Assembly (NCBI GenBank): GCA_031835245.2
Contig: JAVKOQ020000008.1
Span: 186,001 to 250,000, forward strand
Source of the DNA: Balamuthia mandrillaris
Lineage: Eukaryota
Length of the DNA: 64,000 bases
Direction: 5' to 3'
Under the pieces are notes generated by a model. It saw nothing but the letters and a program-made list of their open reading frames with translations. It was not told the origin of the DNA and did not search any database. How positions within the stretch are numbered: position 1 is the stretch's first letter; each line of letters begins with the position of its first letter. Shown piece after piece: positions 24,502 to 37,441 of this stretch. The position numbers and the translations under genes are program-made.

Positions 24502-26933
24502 ATGAAAAGACGCGAAGATGAGGAGGAGAGCGCCTCCGAGGAGGCTGCCCTCTACGGCCAAGACTCCGCCTCCAGCGGCAGCCATGAACTGCGGGTGGAG
24601 ATCCAGACGATGGACGCCAGCTCCCCTTCTCTGCACTCCAAGCCCACACCCTTGCCCAAGAAGAAAATGTTCGTGCTGATGTGCGTGGTCATGTCGGAAG
24701 GTCTGGCCGGGAGCCTGTTGCTGCCTTTCATCGCCTTCATGGTTCGCAGCTTTGGCATCACGGACGATGATAGGGTAAGGCGTTCTCTTTCTCTATCTCT
24801 TTCGCGTACGCTCCACTGACCAGTGGTGAGCGCTCTTTTTGGGTGGGCAGGACATCGGCTACTACGCTGGCTACGTCACCTCCGCCTTTTTTCTCGGACA
24901 ATTTTCCAGCAAGTACTTTTCTTGGCTCATCTCTCACCCTTTCTGCTCTCTGCTCTCTGCGCTCTCTGCGCTCTCTGCGCTCTCTGCTCTCTCTGCTCTC
25001 TCTGCTCTCTGCTCTCTGCTCTCTCCTCCTTCCTCTTTGCTTCTCCTTCCGCTTTGCTTACTCAACGCGTTCCAGCTTTTTGTGGGGATGGATCTCGGAT
25101 CGGAAAGGCAGGCGACCCGTGTTGTTGGTTGGGCTCGCTGGCAATGCTATCACGACGCTCCTCTTTGGGACCAGCCAGAACTTGGCGTGGGCCATGGCAA
25201 GTCGCTTCTTGAATGGAGCTCTGAATGGAGTGGCCTCCGTTACAAAGAGCTACATTGCTGAAATAACAGATGAGAGCAATCAAGCTCTTGGCTTTTCTCT
25301 TCGTGCTGCTGCTTTTGGGCTGGGAGGAATCTTAGGTTTCTCTTTCTTCTTTTGCTTCTTCTTCTCCTCCTCCTCTTCCAACTCTTGCCAACGATATTTC
25401 AATACAGGTCCGTTGTTGGGAGGAGGGTTAGCAAGACCCTACAAACGGTTTCCTTGGTTAGCGGACTCGATATTTGGCGAGGATGGCTTCCCTTTTCTGC
25501 TGCCTTGTCTCGTGTCATTCTCGATGAACATGGTTGGCCTTATCTTTGGCTTCTTCTTTCTCACAGAGACACTTCAGAGAAGAAAGAGCGCACAAGTGGT
25601 GAACGAGACGGACTCCCTTTCGTTGCTTGAAAAAACAGACACAAAAGAAGAACTTGAAAATGAAGAAGAACAAGAGAATGGAGAGGAAGAAGACCAAGAG
25701 GAGGTGGAAAGATGGGAAGAGGAGGAAGGAGGAGAAAGCAGCGAAGAAAGAAGGCGAGGAGGAAGCACATCCCACAAGCTTTTAAATATCTTTCGGAAAC
25801 AAAGACGAAAACGTTGGAATAACAAACAAAGCGAAGGGGATGAAGCAAGTCTCATCCCTCTAACAACATTGTCATCTGCTGCGAAGCGGCGAATGGAAGA
25901 AAACGAGACAGATGATAGACAAGAAGAGGGAGAAGAAGAAGCAAACGAGATGACAAATGGCGACGAGGAAAAAAGTCGTGCTGACTTACACATTCTTCAA
26001 GAACATTCTTCAGATGATGAAAAGCTTCCAACTTTTTTCGACATTCTCAAAGATAAATGGGTCATGGTGCTTAGTTTGCTTTACGCTTTGATCGCGATGG
26101 TCGATTTAGCATTTGTGGAGGTGTTCAGCGTTTGGAGTCTCAATTCGCCTCACGACGAGCACGCTCCAGGTTTAGGTTCGTTAGAAGAGAACTCTTCTTC
26201 TTGGTCTTCTTCTTCTCCTCCTCCTCTTCTTTTCGGTAACCACTGAGGAAAAAAAGGGTTTGACACATTACAAATTGGACTTCCAAGTACAACAGCAGCG
26301 GTAGCGATGGTCCTTTTTCAACTGTTCGTCTATCCGCCAATGGACAAGCGATTAGGCTCCCTGCGAACCTATCGGCTGTGTGTTGGCTGTTCAGTCCCGT
26401 TCTTGGCCTGCTTTCCTCTGTTGCATAGACTCAGTGGCGTCTCTTCGCATGATTGGTTGCTGTGGGCAGCGTTGCTGCCATTCTACACTTTGCTGCGGCT
26501 ACTGGTCATCGGATGCTACGCTTCCATCAACATTTTGGTCGCTCTTTCCTCTTTTTAGTTCTCTTCTCTGCCTCTGCTTCTCTTTATGCATTTCATGTAA
26601 CTGCTTTATCAACGTGCAGGTGAGTAATGCTGCTGGCAGGGCTCGCTTAGGAATGGCCAATGGAGTTTCCACCGCTATGGCCGCCTTTGCTCGAATGTAC
26701 CTCTTTTCTTCTCCATTCTTGGTCTCTGCTTCTCTGCTTTTCTGAACGTTTGTTTGTTTACAAAAAGGTTGGCTCCTTCGTTTGGGGGTACTATATTTGC
26801 ATTTTCGCTGCGCGGGAGCACCTTTCCGTTCAACTATAACTTCATCTTCCTGTGTTTCGCCCTTCTCAACGGGATCAACTGCGGCTGCACCTTTTGGGTT
26901 CCCTCTTCCGTCAACCAGCGAAGAACGAACTGA
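24502..26933 (+). CDS. MFS transporter, ZIFL/tetracycline-resistance-like
   Basis: DIGYYAG, LWGWISDRKGRRPVLL (MFS motif A), SRFLNGALNG, GPLLGG, FPFLLPCL and LGMANG across spliced exons; large acidic central loop. Confidence 0.88.
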
Positions 26934-27050
26934 GCGGATCAAAAGGTACAACAAAAAGAAAGCAAGGTTTTTAAAAGAGAGAGAGAGAGAGAGAGAAAGA
27001 TAGTTTCTTATTTATAAAAGTTAAAGCTTTGTTTATAAACATAAATCCAC

Positions 27051-27340
27051 TTACGGAAGATCCGACAAGCTTTTCTTTGGTGGAGGACCTTTTTGTTGGA
27101 GGAGAAGAAGAAAGAAAGAAATCAGAAAAATAGAGAAGAAGGTGAAGAAAAGAGAGAAGATTTACCTCGTGGGACGTTGGTGGTCTGTTGGTTGTAGCCG
27201 CTCGTGTTGTGCGCGCCGACGCCGCCCATGGGGGTGGGGTTCCACTCGCGCTGGCCGACGGGCTTCTGCTCGCCTTTGACGTAGCCTGGGGCGGCCTCGC
27301 GGATCTTTTGCTCAAAGAGTGCTTTCTTCTGCGTCGCCAT
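27051..27340 (-). CDS. 70-aa microprotein (exons 27340-27166 and 27088-27051)
   Basis: ATG, a GTAAAT..AAAG intron (27165-27089) and an in-frame stop give MATQKKALFEQKIREAAPG..NVPRGPPPKKSLSDLP. GC-rich coding sequence sits in AT-rich flanks. Confidence 0.75.
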
Positions 27341-27631
27341 CTCTCTCTGTCGTTCTTCTATTTATTTCTTTTTTTTGGTTTTAATTTTTTCAAAGGTGGT
27401 TTTGATATAAAGCTATATTGCAATATAGCTTTTTAAGGAGAGGCAATCATTGTAACGCTTATCCAATTCTTTACTATCTGTTATTGGGTTATGTTGTTTT
27501 TGTTTTAAAGAAATAAAAAAGTGAATAAAATAATCGTTTGTTTTTCTAATGATAAAAATACAGAGAAAGAAAGGTTAAAAAAAGAAGAGAGAACGAGACG
27601 AAAAAAAAGCAATGGCGTCCGTTTTCGATGA

Positions 27632-30600
27632 TCACTTGCCAGACTTTTTCTTTCTTCCAAACAAACCGGATCCCTTCTTTCTGTTTGCTTTCTCTGCAGA
27701 AGTTGGTGAGGAGGGCATCATGTTGAACACTAGCTCTGCCCCCAGTTGATGGTCCTTCTTTGTAAGTTCGATCTTGTCTGTAAGAGAGAGAGAAGTTAAT
27801 GGATGAACAGCAGGAAAAAAAACGTTGCGAAAAGAGTCGTTGACAACGTACGAAGTTGGTCTGCCATGCTTTCGAGATCGCTCACCCACATGGACTGTGT
27901 GTTGCTATCCGGAGCTGAAAACTCGTGTTTGATAAGCCCATTCACAATACCGAAAGCATTCGCAAAGCCCACTATATCACATTTTAAGGGTTAACACGAG
28001 AAAGCGAGTAGAAGAAGAAGAAGAAGAAGAAGAAGAAGAAGAAGAAGAAGAAGAACAAGAAGAACAAGCAGGACAAGCAGAACATGACGAAGAACAACAA
28101 AAAGAGGAAGGAAAAAAAGAAAGAGAGAAACCTTTAGCAGGAATGACTTGAGCGCCGTGCAAAGAAACGGTGGTCTTGAACTTGTATCGAGAACGTTGAG
28201 GTGTGGCCAAAAGCAGCATGTCGTTGAAGAGGAAGAGGTAACAGTTGCGAAGACCCTTGTTGGAGATCTCCTGGAAGGCTCCTTCGCGCACGTAGCGTCT
28301 GCTCGGAATAACCAAACTCTGTGTTGTTGTTTTAAAAGAAAGAAATAGAAAGTTATAAGCCAAAGACGAAGCAGTAGAAAGAAGATTGAAAAAAGAAGAA
28401 GCGTACTTCAGGATTTCCTTCAAGCTTCTTCTCTATCTCAATGATTTTGTTCATAGCCTCCGCCTTGCGAATGTTTTCGTTGATGAAGTCGGCCACCTCT
28501 TTGACCTTCTCATAGGCAGCCTGCAACTTATCATAGTCAGAGTGAGAGGGATCTGTTCGCCTGATGAGGTCCTTCAACAGAAGCAAGTAACGAGGGATTC
28601 TTTGGATGGGCAAGATGAGGAAGGCCGAAATGTCTTGTCCCATCTTTCGCTCGAGGAACTGTTTGAACTCAGGATACTTTTCTTGACAGGCGATGAGGGT
28701 CTTGTTGGCGTCCTCGTGGTCCTTGCTATATTGACTGTACAGTTTGAGGAATGGAGCCTTTATTTTCCCAAGTTAGATATGTTATAAGGAGAACGAAAGA
28801 ACAAGAAGAAGACAAAAGAAAGAAAGGAGAATGAAACCATGTCAAGGAAGACATCTCCAAAGACGGCAGTTTCGTTCCAATTGTTACCGATTCGTTCTTC
28901 CAAGCCAGCCAGCAGTTCCTTATTCACATTAAGAATTAATTCTACATTGGAGAAGATCTTGTTGAGCTCTTCCATTTTGATGCTTTTGCCACCCGTCATT
29001 TCCGACAAGCGACGGAGAGGGCTTATGTATTCCTGTTGGCAATAAGACAAAGACAAATAAGAGAGATGAGAAGAAGAAGAAGAAGAAGAAGAAAAGGAAG
29101 AAGAAGAAAGGAAAAGGAAAAAGAAAAAGAAAAAGAGAAGGAGAAGAAAGAGGACAAACCGTAAGAAGACGTGTAAGTTGAGCAACATAAGTCCGTTCGG
29201 TGGTTAGAATCTCGTTCGCAATAGTAGTTCGCCACTCGAACGGAGTCATCTTTTTCGGCTGTTCGGGAGTCTTACATTCACTTTCATCGATCGGTTGTTG
29301 TTGTTGATGCTCTTCATCGTTTTGTGCCTCAGAAGGAAGAGGCTCTTCTTCCGGCTTGTTACCATCCTCTTCTTCTTCCGCTGTTGTTGTTTCTTCATGT
29401 TCATGTTGTTCATGTTGTTCTTGTTGTTCGTTGGGTTCTTGTAAGTGAGGAGGAAGGATGGACTTTCGTCGTACAGCAGTTCCTTCTGGGCTTGTTGGCT
29501 CCTTGTTGTTGCTGCTGTTATGAAGGCTTCTCATCAACATGGAAGGTCCAACCGAGTCACTTCGACCAAGAGTGCGGGTCTGATCAAACCTGGCTGCGCC
29601 TTGTTTGTAAGTTTCCGTGTTACTGGGCAAAGTATTGGTGCTCAACGCGCGGGTGAGAAGCTTGCCAGAGTTTTGGCTCTTGCCAATGCTCTTTCTTCGC
29701 TCCTTCTTCTCCTTCTTCTCCGTCTTCTTCTTCTCCTTCCTCTCCTTCTTCTCTTCCTTCTTCCTCTCCTTCTTCTCCTTTCTCTCTTTCTTGTGGCTCA
29801 TACTCAGAAGACTTCCTCTCCTCGTTCTTTGTTTGCCACTAGCAGAGAAGATACCACTTCCTCCGCTTCCTTCTTCATCGCTGCTGCCTCCCGAGGAACC
29901 TCCTCCTAAGACACTGTCATCCGGTTCAGCCAGTCGTGATAGTCGTCTATTGGGAGGGGTGACAGGCCCAACCGTTTGATGTTGTTGATGTTCTCCTTCT
30001 CCATTTGTTGCTTGTTGAGCATCTGTTGCTGGAAGAGCAGAAACAGAATGTTGGTGTTCATGTGGAGAAGTTGGAACGGCTTCTTCGGATGCTTGGTGAT
30101 CGTGATCAGAAGTACTGTCAACTTCTCCTTCTCCTGCTTCTGCTTCACCGACGGTTCTAGGATGTTGTTGTTCAACCCCCTCTTCTTCTTTCTCCGTTTC
30201 TGTTTCTGTTTCCGTTTCCGTTTCGGAGTCGCTATCACTATCGCTATCATCGTCATCGCTAACATCGATTCCTTCCGTCCGCCTCATCTCCTTCAACAAT
30301 CTTCTCATCGCTCTCACCAAACGAAAGAGCGGTCTATCCTCCTTCTCTGTGGCTTCCTCCTCTTCCTCCTCTGTGGTTTCATTGCCGGTCGTTCCTCTCC
30401 TCTTCCTTCTCCCTTTCGAGGCGGAAAGAGCGGAGAGCTGGACAAGAGGAGAGGTGGAACTGTGTCCTCGCACTTCGTTCTTCAGCTCAATGAGGTCCAA
30501 CAACAAAATAGGATAGCGCTCAAAGCATTCGAGCGGTCGGTGAAAGGCGTTCTCCATCACTCCCATCAAAGCTAACGCAGCTTGAGAAGGGCTCCTTCTA

Positions 30601-31709
30601 GGGGGAAGTGGAGGAGGAACCTCCGCTACTGATTCTTCCTTTGCTTCTTCTTGTTGTCCCTCTTGTGCTTGTTCTTCTGCTTTTGGTCCTTCATCCTCTT
30701 CTTCGTTTTGTTGTTGCGTCTCGGGCACAACTTGCTCTGTATCTTCTTGTGGCGGAGGTGGAGTTGGTTGTTGGGTTTCTTCTTCGGAACGAACTAGCAG
30801 CTCGGAAAAGGCGGTATTGTGTTTCAACTCGCGGATGGTGCTTGCAAAGGTGAAGTAGTTGCTTTGGTATGACCGATACAGAGACAACAGCTCTGGTGAC
30901 TATTATACATATGATATAACATTAGAAAAGAGCACTAGAGAAAGAGGAACGAAGAAAGAGAATATAGAGATAGAGAATATAGAGAAAGAGCAGGGATACT
31001 TTTTCTTGAACGATGTGAATGGTTCGAATGTAAGGAGGCAGTCGCGAAGGCGGGCCAGGGGGAAGAGCAGGTCCTGAGCTGGAAGCAGAAGGGGGCGGAC
31101 CAGAAGGAGGGGGAGGAGGAAATTGAGAACGAGGGGAAGAGGCTGAACCAGCATCCTCCGAAGAAGCAGCAAGCTCCCTTCGAGGAGACATGGCAGGAGG
31201 AGGCGGCGGCGGTGCGGCCACCTCCTTGATCCTCGTCAAGAGGTCGAGGTGAAGGGAGTGCATGGCTTCCAGCTCCTCGAAGCCGGAGCGGAAGGCGTTG
31301 GCGATGGTGTCGGTGGCTGCGTTTTGGTCTTCTTCTTCCACTTCATAGCCCCCTTCTGCGGCGATGTACCTGTGGTGGTCCCCCAATACTTGCACGAACT
31401 GTTCCCATTGTGCTCTTAGTGGTTGCACGTAACTCTGTGAGAGAAACAAATGAGAAAGGAGAGAAACAAAAAGAACGAGGAAGAAGGATGAGAAAAGAGA
31501 GAGAGGAAGAAGCGAAGAAAGAAAAAAAAGAGAGAAGAGAGAAGCGAGAAACGAGAAGAAAGATATGAAGAAGCAAGCAAAGAGCCGAACAAAGTGAGGA
31601 GAGAAGAACGAGAGTGACTGAGAGGGAGAAGGCATTCAGAGACTTATATAAATGGATCATGGAAAGTCACTTATAAAAGTTATGCAGACTTAAATTCTCA
31701 TCCGGTGCC

Positions 31710-31794
<85 letters not shown>

Positions 31795-32077
31795 ATGAGG
31801 GGAGTAAAAAAGCGAAAAGAAGAAGAAGAAGAAAGAAAGAAACGACAAGAAAGAAAGAAGAAGAGCAAGAAAAGAATATAAGAAAAGAGGAGAAGAAGCA
31901 ACAAGAAGAACTTACGTCGATGCACTTTTTGAGCTCAGCGACATAAGCCTGCTCCAAGAGGAGGTACTCGGTGACCTTGCCCTTGCGGCGGTTGCTGGTC
32001 AGCACCACGCTTTTGGTTTTGGCGGCGTTGCCTCCCCCAACGCCTCCCAACAGGAGCCCTCCGCCGCCGCCGTACAT
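27632..32077 (-). CDS. RhoGEF with a divergent N-terminal DH domain and a C-terminal DH-PH module
   Basis: N-terminal EYLLLEQAYVAEL..RPLECFERYPILLLDL; C-terminal EILTTERTYV..IFSNVELI..FLILPIQRIPRYLLLLKDL, followed by PH (RRYVREG..YLFLFNDMLL). Confidence 0.88.
31631..31709 (-). ncRNA. Candidate intronic box C/D snoRNA
   Basis: A 79-nt mixed-sequence island in a microsatellite intron, bounded by a GGCA/TGCC stem, with a box C-like GGATGA and a perfect box D CTGA in the host sense orientation. Confidence 0.35.
31710..31790. repeat. (GA)n microsatellite in RhoGEF intron
   Basis: About 40 dinucleotide units. Confidence 0.95.
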
Positions 32078-32917
32078 TTTAACAAACAGAAAAAAAAAAT
32101 AAAACAAAAATCAAATATCAAATATCAAAAAAAAAGCTGTTGAAAAAAAGAGAAAAAAAAAACTCGATTCAATATTTCTTGTAAAACAACAACAAGAGAA
32201 AGAAAGAGAGAGGGAGAGAGAAAAATAAAAATAATCCGAGAGGGCGTTACCGGCAAAAAAAAAAAAAGTCAAAAAAATCAATATAGCGGCTCAGGTAACG
32301 TTTCTTGAACCGACCTTTTTGTTATTTTTTTTTCTTCTTCCCAAAAAATAAAAAAAAAGGTATCCCAAAAAAAAAAAAGAACGCGAGGCCTTTGAGCTCT
32401 CCTCTCCCCACTTCCGGTTCCGTTCTTTTCTCTCTCTAGCAGCAACCTGAAATAATTTTATTTCTATTTTATTTATCATAAAAAAAAATGTTTTAATTCA
32501 TTAAAATAATCCGAAATTTCGGTTGTCGACGAAAAACAAAAAGTGATGGTAATTATCGATTATTATGATTGCCATCAACAGGAAATTAATGCCGACAAAT
32601 AATCGAAAAATCATCAAAAAATTTAATAATTGCAGAATAAAAAGTAAAGAGAAAAAAGAAGCAAAGAAGAACAGATTGATTGGATTCATTGGTCGATTCG
32701 ATTTGTTGGCCAGTGGTGAAAAACTGATAGCAGCAGTTGCTCACATCTTTGCTGAAAAAGTTTCTTTTTTTTTGCAGTGCGTATTTGTTGTTTCCCCTTC
32801 ACACACATACACACCACCTTTTTTCTTAAAGTGCTTATCGACTGATGAAAAACAAATCTTCTCCCTCTCTCTCTCTCCCTCTCTTTTTGACCAATTTGAG
32901 AACGCAAGAATTAAGTC

Positions 32918-34587
32918 ATGGAGCCACTGCAACAACTGAACGTGGAGGAGCTGTCCTCTTTGCTGGCGCAGCTGAACGGCTTGGAAGACAAGTCCCTGGA
33001 AACGGTCACCATGGCCATCCTTCAGAAATTCCCACCGCAAACACCATCGCAACAACAGCAGGACAGCGGCGGCGGGGGTGGCGTCGTTGGCGGCGCCGCC
33101 TTTCGTTTGGGCTGCACTCTCTACGTCATGCTGCAGGACGACCTGTTGGAGCCGTTGGCTCGCCTCGTTGCCTTTTACCTGCTTCACAGCCTCTATGCCA
33201 ACACTGTGGACGCGCACCTCACAGCCAACCCTTTTCTCCCTGTCTTTTTGGACGCTCTTCAGCGTGAGCCTTTAGTTTCTTCTTCTTCTTCTTCTTCATC
33301 AACCGCCTTCTCCTCCTCTTCGTCAGCTCATACGACGGCAACAACGACGAATGTTGCTGGTGAGGCTGCTTTGCAGGCTCAAGTGGAGAAAAGCTTCCTT
33401 CTTTTCTTGCTAGACTCCTTCCCGAAAGAGGTTACTCTTTCTCTCTCGTTGCCTTTTTTTTTTTGGACCTTTATTCTTCGTTTCTCTCTCTCTCTCTCTC
33501 TCTCTCTTGCTTTCTCTTGCTTCTCACATCTCTTGCGTTATCTCGTTACTCGTATCTCTACTATTGTTCTCACTTTCGTTCTCGTTTCACTAAATTGTTT
33601 CCTCACCCACACAAAACTAATTGTTATTCTTATTTTAAACAGTTAACACGAAAGACACTGCGTGAGCTCAGAACAACTTTGCTCGACAAGAACATCCGCT
33701 CCAATTTGCCCTCTCAAATGCCAGACCTTAACGCTCTTCGGAAAATCTACCTTGACCGGCAGCCAAAGCAGCCCTCTCCCTTCCGGTGTGCCGGCATATC
33801 TCCCGTCATTCCCGATCCTGAAGATTTACTAGATAGCGCCCAGCTCACACCATCTGTGTATGTTCTCTTCTTTTTCTTCTTCTTTTCTTCTTCTTTCTTT
33901 GTCTTCTACTTCTTATGCTTGATTTTTTATTTTCTTGCTCTTATTTTTTTTTGAATGGAATAGGTTGGGAGCACATGCAGTGGCGGTGTTGGAAAGTCGG
34001 TTAAAAGAGTTTTCTTTTCACAACTTTGAGCCTCCTTTCATTCGACCAGCCCCTCCCTTATTTGAGCCTCAGCCAGACGAGGTTTCTCCCTTTTTCTTAC
34101 CGTTTGCATTCTTTCTTCATTCTGAATAAGTTAACGGTTTTTTGAACAAAACTGGAAAATAGGTCATATGGCTGAATCCGGATATATTCGCTCATCAAGT
34201 GCTTTGGGACAATAGCATGGGTCAAGCCCCAGCCAAAGGAGAGGAGTCGGTGCGCACACTCATGCAAAAAGCTTTCAAGGAACCTCTAGCACAACCTGAT
34301 CAACAGGTTACTTCTCTCTCCATCCCTACTCGTCCTATATCGCGTTGTTCTCTCGTTTTTTTTTTGTGTAACGATATTAATTTTGTTAAATATCTCAGCA
34401 ACTTTTAGCAGCGTTGGAGAATGACCCCAAGTTGGTACATCACTGCGGTCTCACACCTCAAAAACTGCCATCATTAGTAGAAACCAACCCCCTCATTGCC
34501 ATCGAAGTTCTTCTCAAACTCATGTCCTCTAGCCAAATCGCCGAGTAAGCTTCTCTTCTTTTTTGTTTTTCCTTTTCTGTTCTTTTT

Positions 34588-34618
<31 letters not shown>

Positions 34619-34976
34619 GCTCTTCTCTAACCATCATCAAATCAAACAAAACAGATATTTTCAAGTGTTGGTAAACATGGAGATGAGCCTCCATTCGATG
34701 GAGGTGGTGAACCGCCTGACGACGGCGGTGGACCTCCCCACCGAGTTTGTGCACCTCTACATCACCAACTGTATAGCCGCCTGCGAGAACACCAAAGACA
34801 GATACATGCAGAACCGTCTCGTGCGTCTTGTTTGCGTCTTTCTGCAGTCGCTCATCCGCAACAAGATCATCAACGTGCAGGACCTGTTCCTGGAGGTGCA
34901 GGCCTTTTGTGTGAAGTTCAGCAGGATTCGAGAGGCGGCCGGTCTCTTTCGTCTTTTGAAAACTTTTGAGCAATAA
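32918..34976 (+). CDS. CNOT11: CCR4-NOT complex subunit 11
   Basis: [100 protein letters not shown]. Confidence 0.95.
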
Positions 34977-35204
34977 ATTTAAACAAGAAAAAAAACCAAA
35001 TATGTCGACACAGCGTGCGTCATCTATTCTATTTATGGAATGTAATGACGTTGATATTTCTTTTTTAGGTTCCATGTGACGTCACAATTCATCCTTTGGA
35101 TTTATTTATTCTTTTTTTCCTGGTAAACGTAGCGGCATTATTTTTCCCCTTACACACACAGACACACAGACACGCGCTACGGTCTCACTACTTCATCCTC
35201 TGCC

Positions 35205-36387
35205 ATGACCGCACTCTGCTACTTTCTGGTAGTGCTTCTTTCAGGCGTGCTGCTTCCTTCCCCCGCATCAGCCAACGGTGACCGAAGGCATGGATCAGGG
35301 CCCGTTTTGTCGGCTTCCCCTCCTCGCCAAACCTCTGTGCCGCTGGTCTCCCTTCCTTGCCGAAAGCGACGAGACATGGATGGTGGCTTGCAGCGACGCG
35401 AATCGCACTCATGTGGGCTTTCTCTCCGCTTTCAGTTTCTCCGTCCCAGAGAGCAACGCCGCCTGGGTCGTGGACTCCATGCAGGAGGTGATATCTTGGA
35501 TGCAGGACCACTTGCAACTGCCCGACCTAGACTCATGCTACGATCAACTAATCTTTTCTGAGGCACTCAACTCGCTTCCGAAGGATACCATCAGGAACAT
35601 CAAAGACCTGCCCCCTCACTCCAGCATAAGGAATCCTCAACGAGATATCCTGCCGTGTGATATCGAACGCGCATCTGCTCTTGCCTTTTACGAACCACAG
35701 CTTCCGAGGGACGCTTTCTCCTTTTTGGTGAAGGAACATTGGTTCACAGAGCCGCTACCTTCACGCTGGACGGCCCACTCCAAAGCCAATGACGGAGAGG
35801 AGGTCAAGACGATGCCCCTGCAGCTTCCCTTGGTGTTCGCAGTGGAGCGCTGGTATCGCTACGACGGGTCCTTGGCGGAGCTGGAAGGAAAGCTCACAGA
35901 GGAGGACCTGTTGGCGTTGATCTACGGATTCCTGCACGACCAACTTGAAACGGTACGTGACAACGGCAGGTTCTACGCAGACTTCCACCCAGACAACCTC
36001 TTCTATCTCTCTATGCCATTTCCATTGTCCACCAGGTTTGTATTCTCGCACGTTGGCAAGTGGGGATCCACCCTGTCGAGTGCCAAAACAACGGCAGAAT
36101 TTCCTCAAAGCTTCTACGAGAACTTGAAGAGGCTTCTGAGCTTTGCAATGGCGGAAGCAAAAGGCAGGTGCCATGCGGAAGCCGTGATCGAGCAGCTCAA
36201 GAAAGCGGAGGCTAACACCCGCGCCGGAGACCGCCCAGCGGAGGAGTACTTTCGTGAGCTCCTGGATACCATGAGCGAGGCCATGCACTCCCGCTACAGC
36301 GCTTACGCGATGGACCGCCTCCGTAACCGCTTTGGGTACCGTTTCAAGTGGGACGTTATCGATTTCCTCATCGGCAATCTTTCGTGA
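35205..36387 (+). CDS. Intronless kinase-like-fold protein with putative signal peptide in another frame (frameshift near 35260-35280)
   Basis: The 35205 frame gives signal-like MTALCYFLVVLLSGVLLPSP. The body ORF 35278-36387 has a catalytic-loop-like FYADFHPDNLF, and FSHVG at the DFG position. Confidence 0.5.
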
Positions 36388-36792
36388 CGTGCCACCAAGC
36401 CCAGCCCTTCTCCACAGCCCCTCTTCGCCTCCTGCTGCTGCTTCGCTCGCCTCTTGGCTGACCTTGACCAGTCGAAGCCAGAAGACATTTACGTCGACAA
36501 GGGACACGTCATTATATCCAAAGATAGTATATAACGTCGACAAATTCACCAAATATAGACAGGATTTAGATTACAATTTCACGAGATTTAAACGGACACG
36601 TGGGAAGAAGAACGAAGAAAGCACGCAGAAAGAAAGAAGGCTCAGGTTGAAAAAAAATATCTTTTTTTTTTCGGTCGTTCCACTGCACAACCTTCATCAG
36701 CACCAAAGTTAGTACGTACGTCTCTCTCGTTGTTATCTTTTATGAATGCAATTTTTGTTGCTTAAAAATAACATTACAGGAAAGAACCACTG

Positions 36793-37397
36793 ATGAAAGG
36801 TGCGGCGAACAAAACACAAAATGACGCTGACCAAGAGGACAGTCAACACCCTTTCGAGAGAATAACAGCAGGGACTGCCCTTCAGCAGAACAACGAGAAC
36901 AACGACACCGTTTCACCGGCCGCCACCGCGGTAACGGAGGACGAGGAGGATTGGGAGTCCTCTCCGCAACTGCAAACAAGAAAGACCCATCTGCCGAACA
37001 AGTTGACGAAAACAAAAGTGCTCAAGGGAAGCAGGCTGTTACTTTCTTCCTCCTCGGCTTCTCCACCTCTTTCTGCTGCATCCCCTTCGCAATCCAGAGG
37101 AAAAGGATGGCAAAAACTCTTAGATGATGATACGCCTGCAACCGCAACGAAGGGTTTGAAGGCCAAAGAAGACGAGGAAGAGGAGGATGTTCAAGAGGCG
37201 TCGTCCGAAACAACTTATTCCTGTGAAGAGGTTTCACTTTATTTTTGTCTGCTATTTTTGTTCTTATTTTTTTGTACTAACTCACGGTGAACTACAAAGG
37301 CGATCAACAAGTTGGGCTTTGGATGGTTTCAGTGGCAGGTTCTTTTGCTTTGCGGTGCTGCCTTCACCGGTGAAGCCATGGAAGTCATGCTTGTTAG

Positions 37398-37441
<44 letters not shown>

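Noticed and set aside
24905..24915. Apparent GC-AG intron donor (GCAAGT) in the MFS gene
   Set aside because: The GT donor four bases downstream restores the correct frame (GQFSSNFLWG); the GC donor does not.
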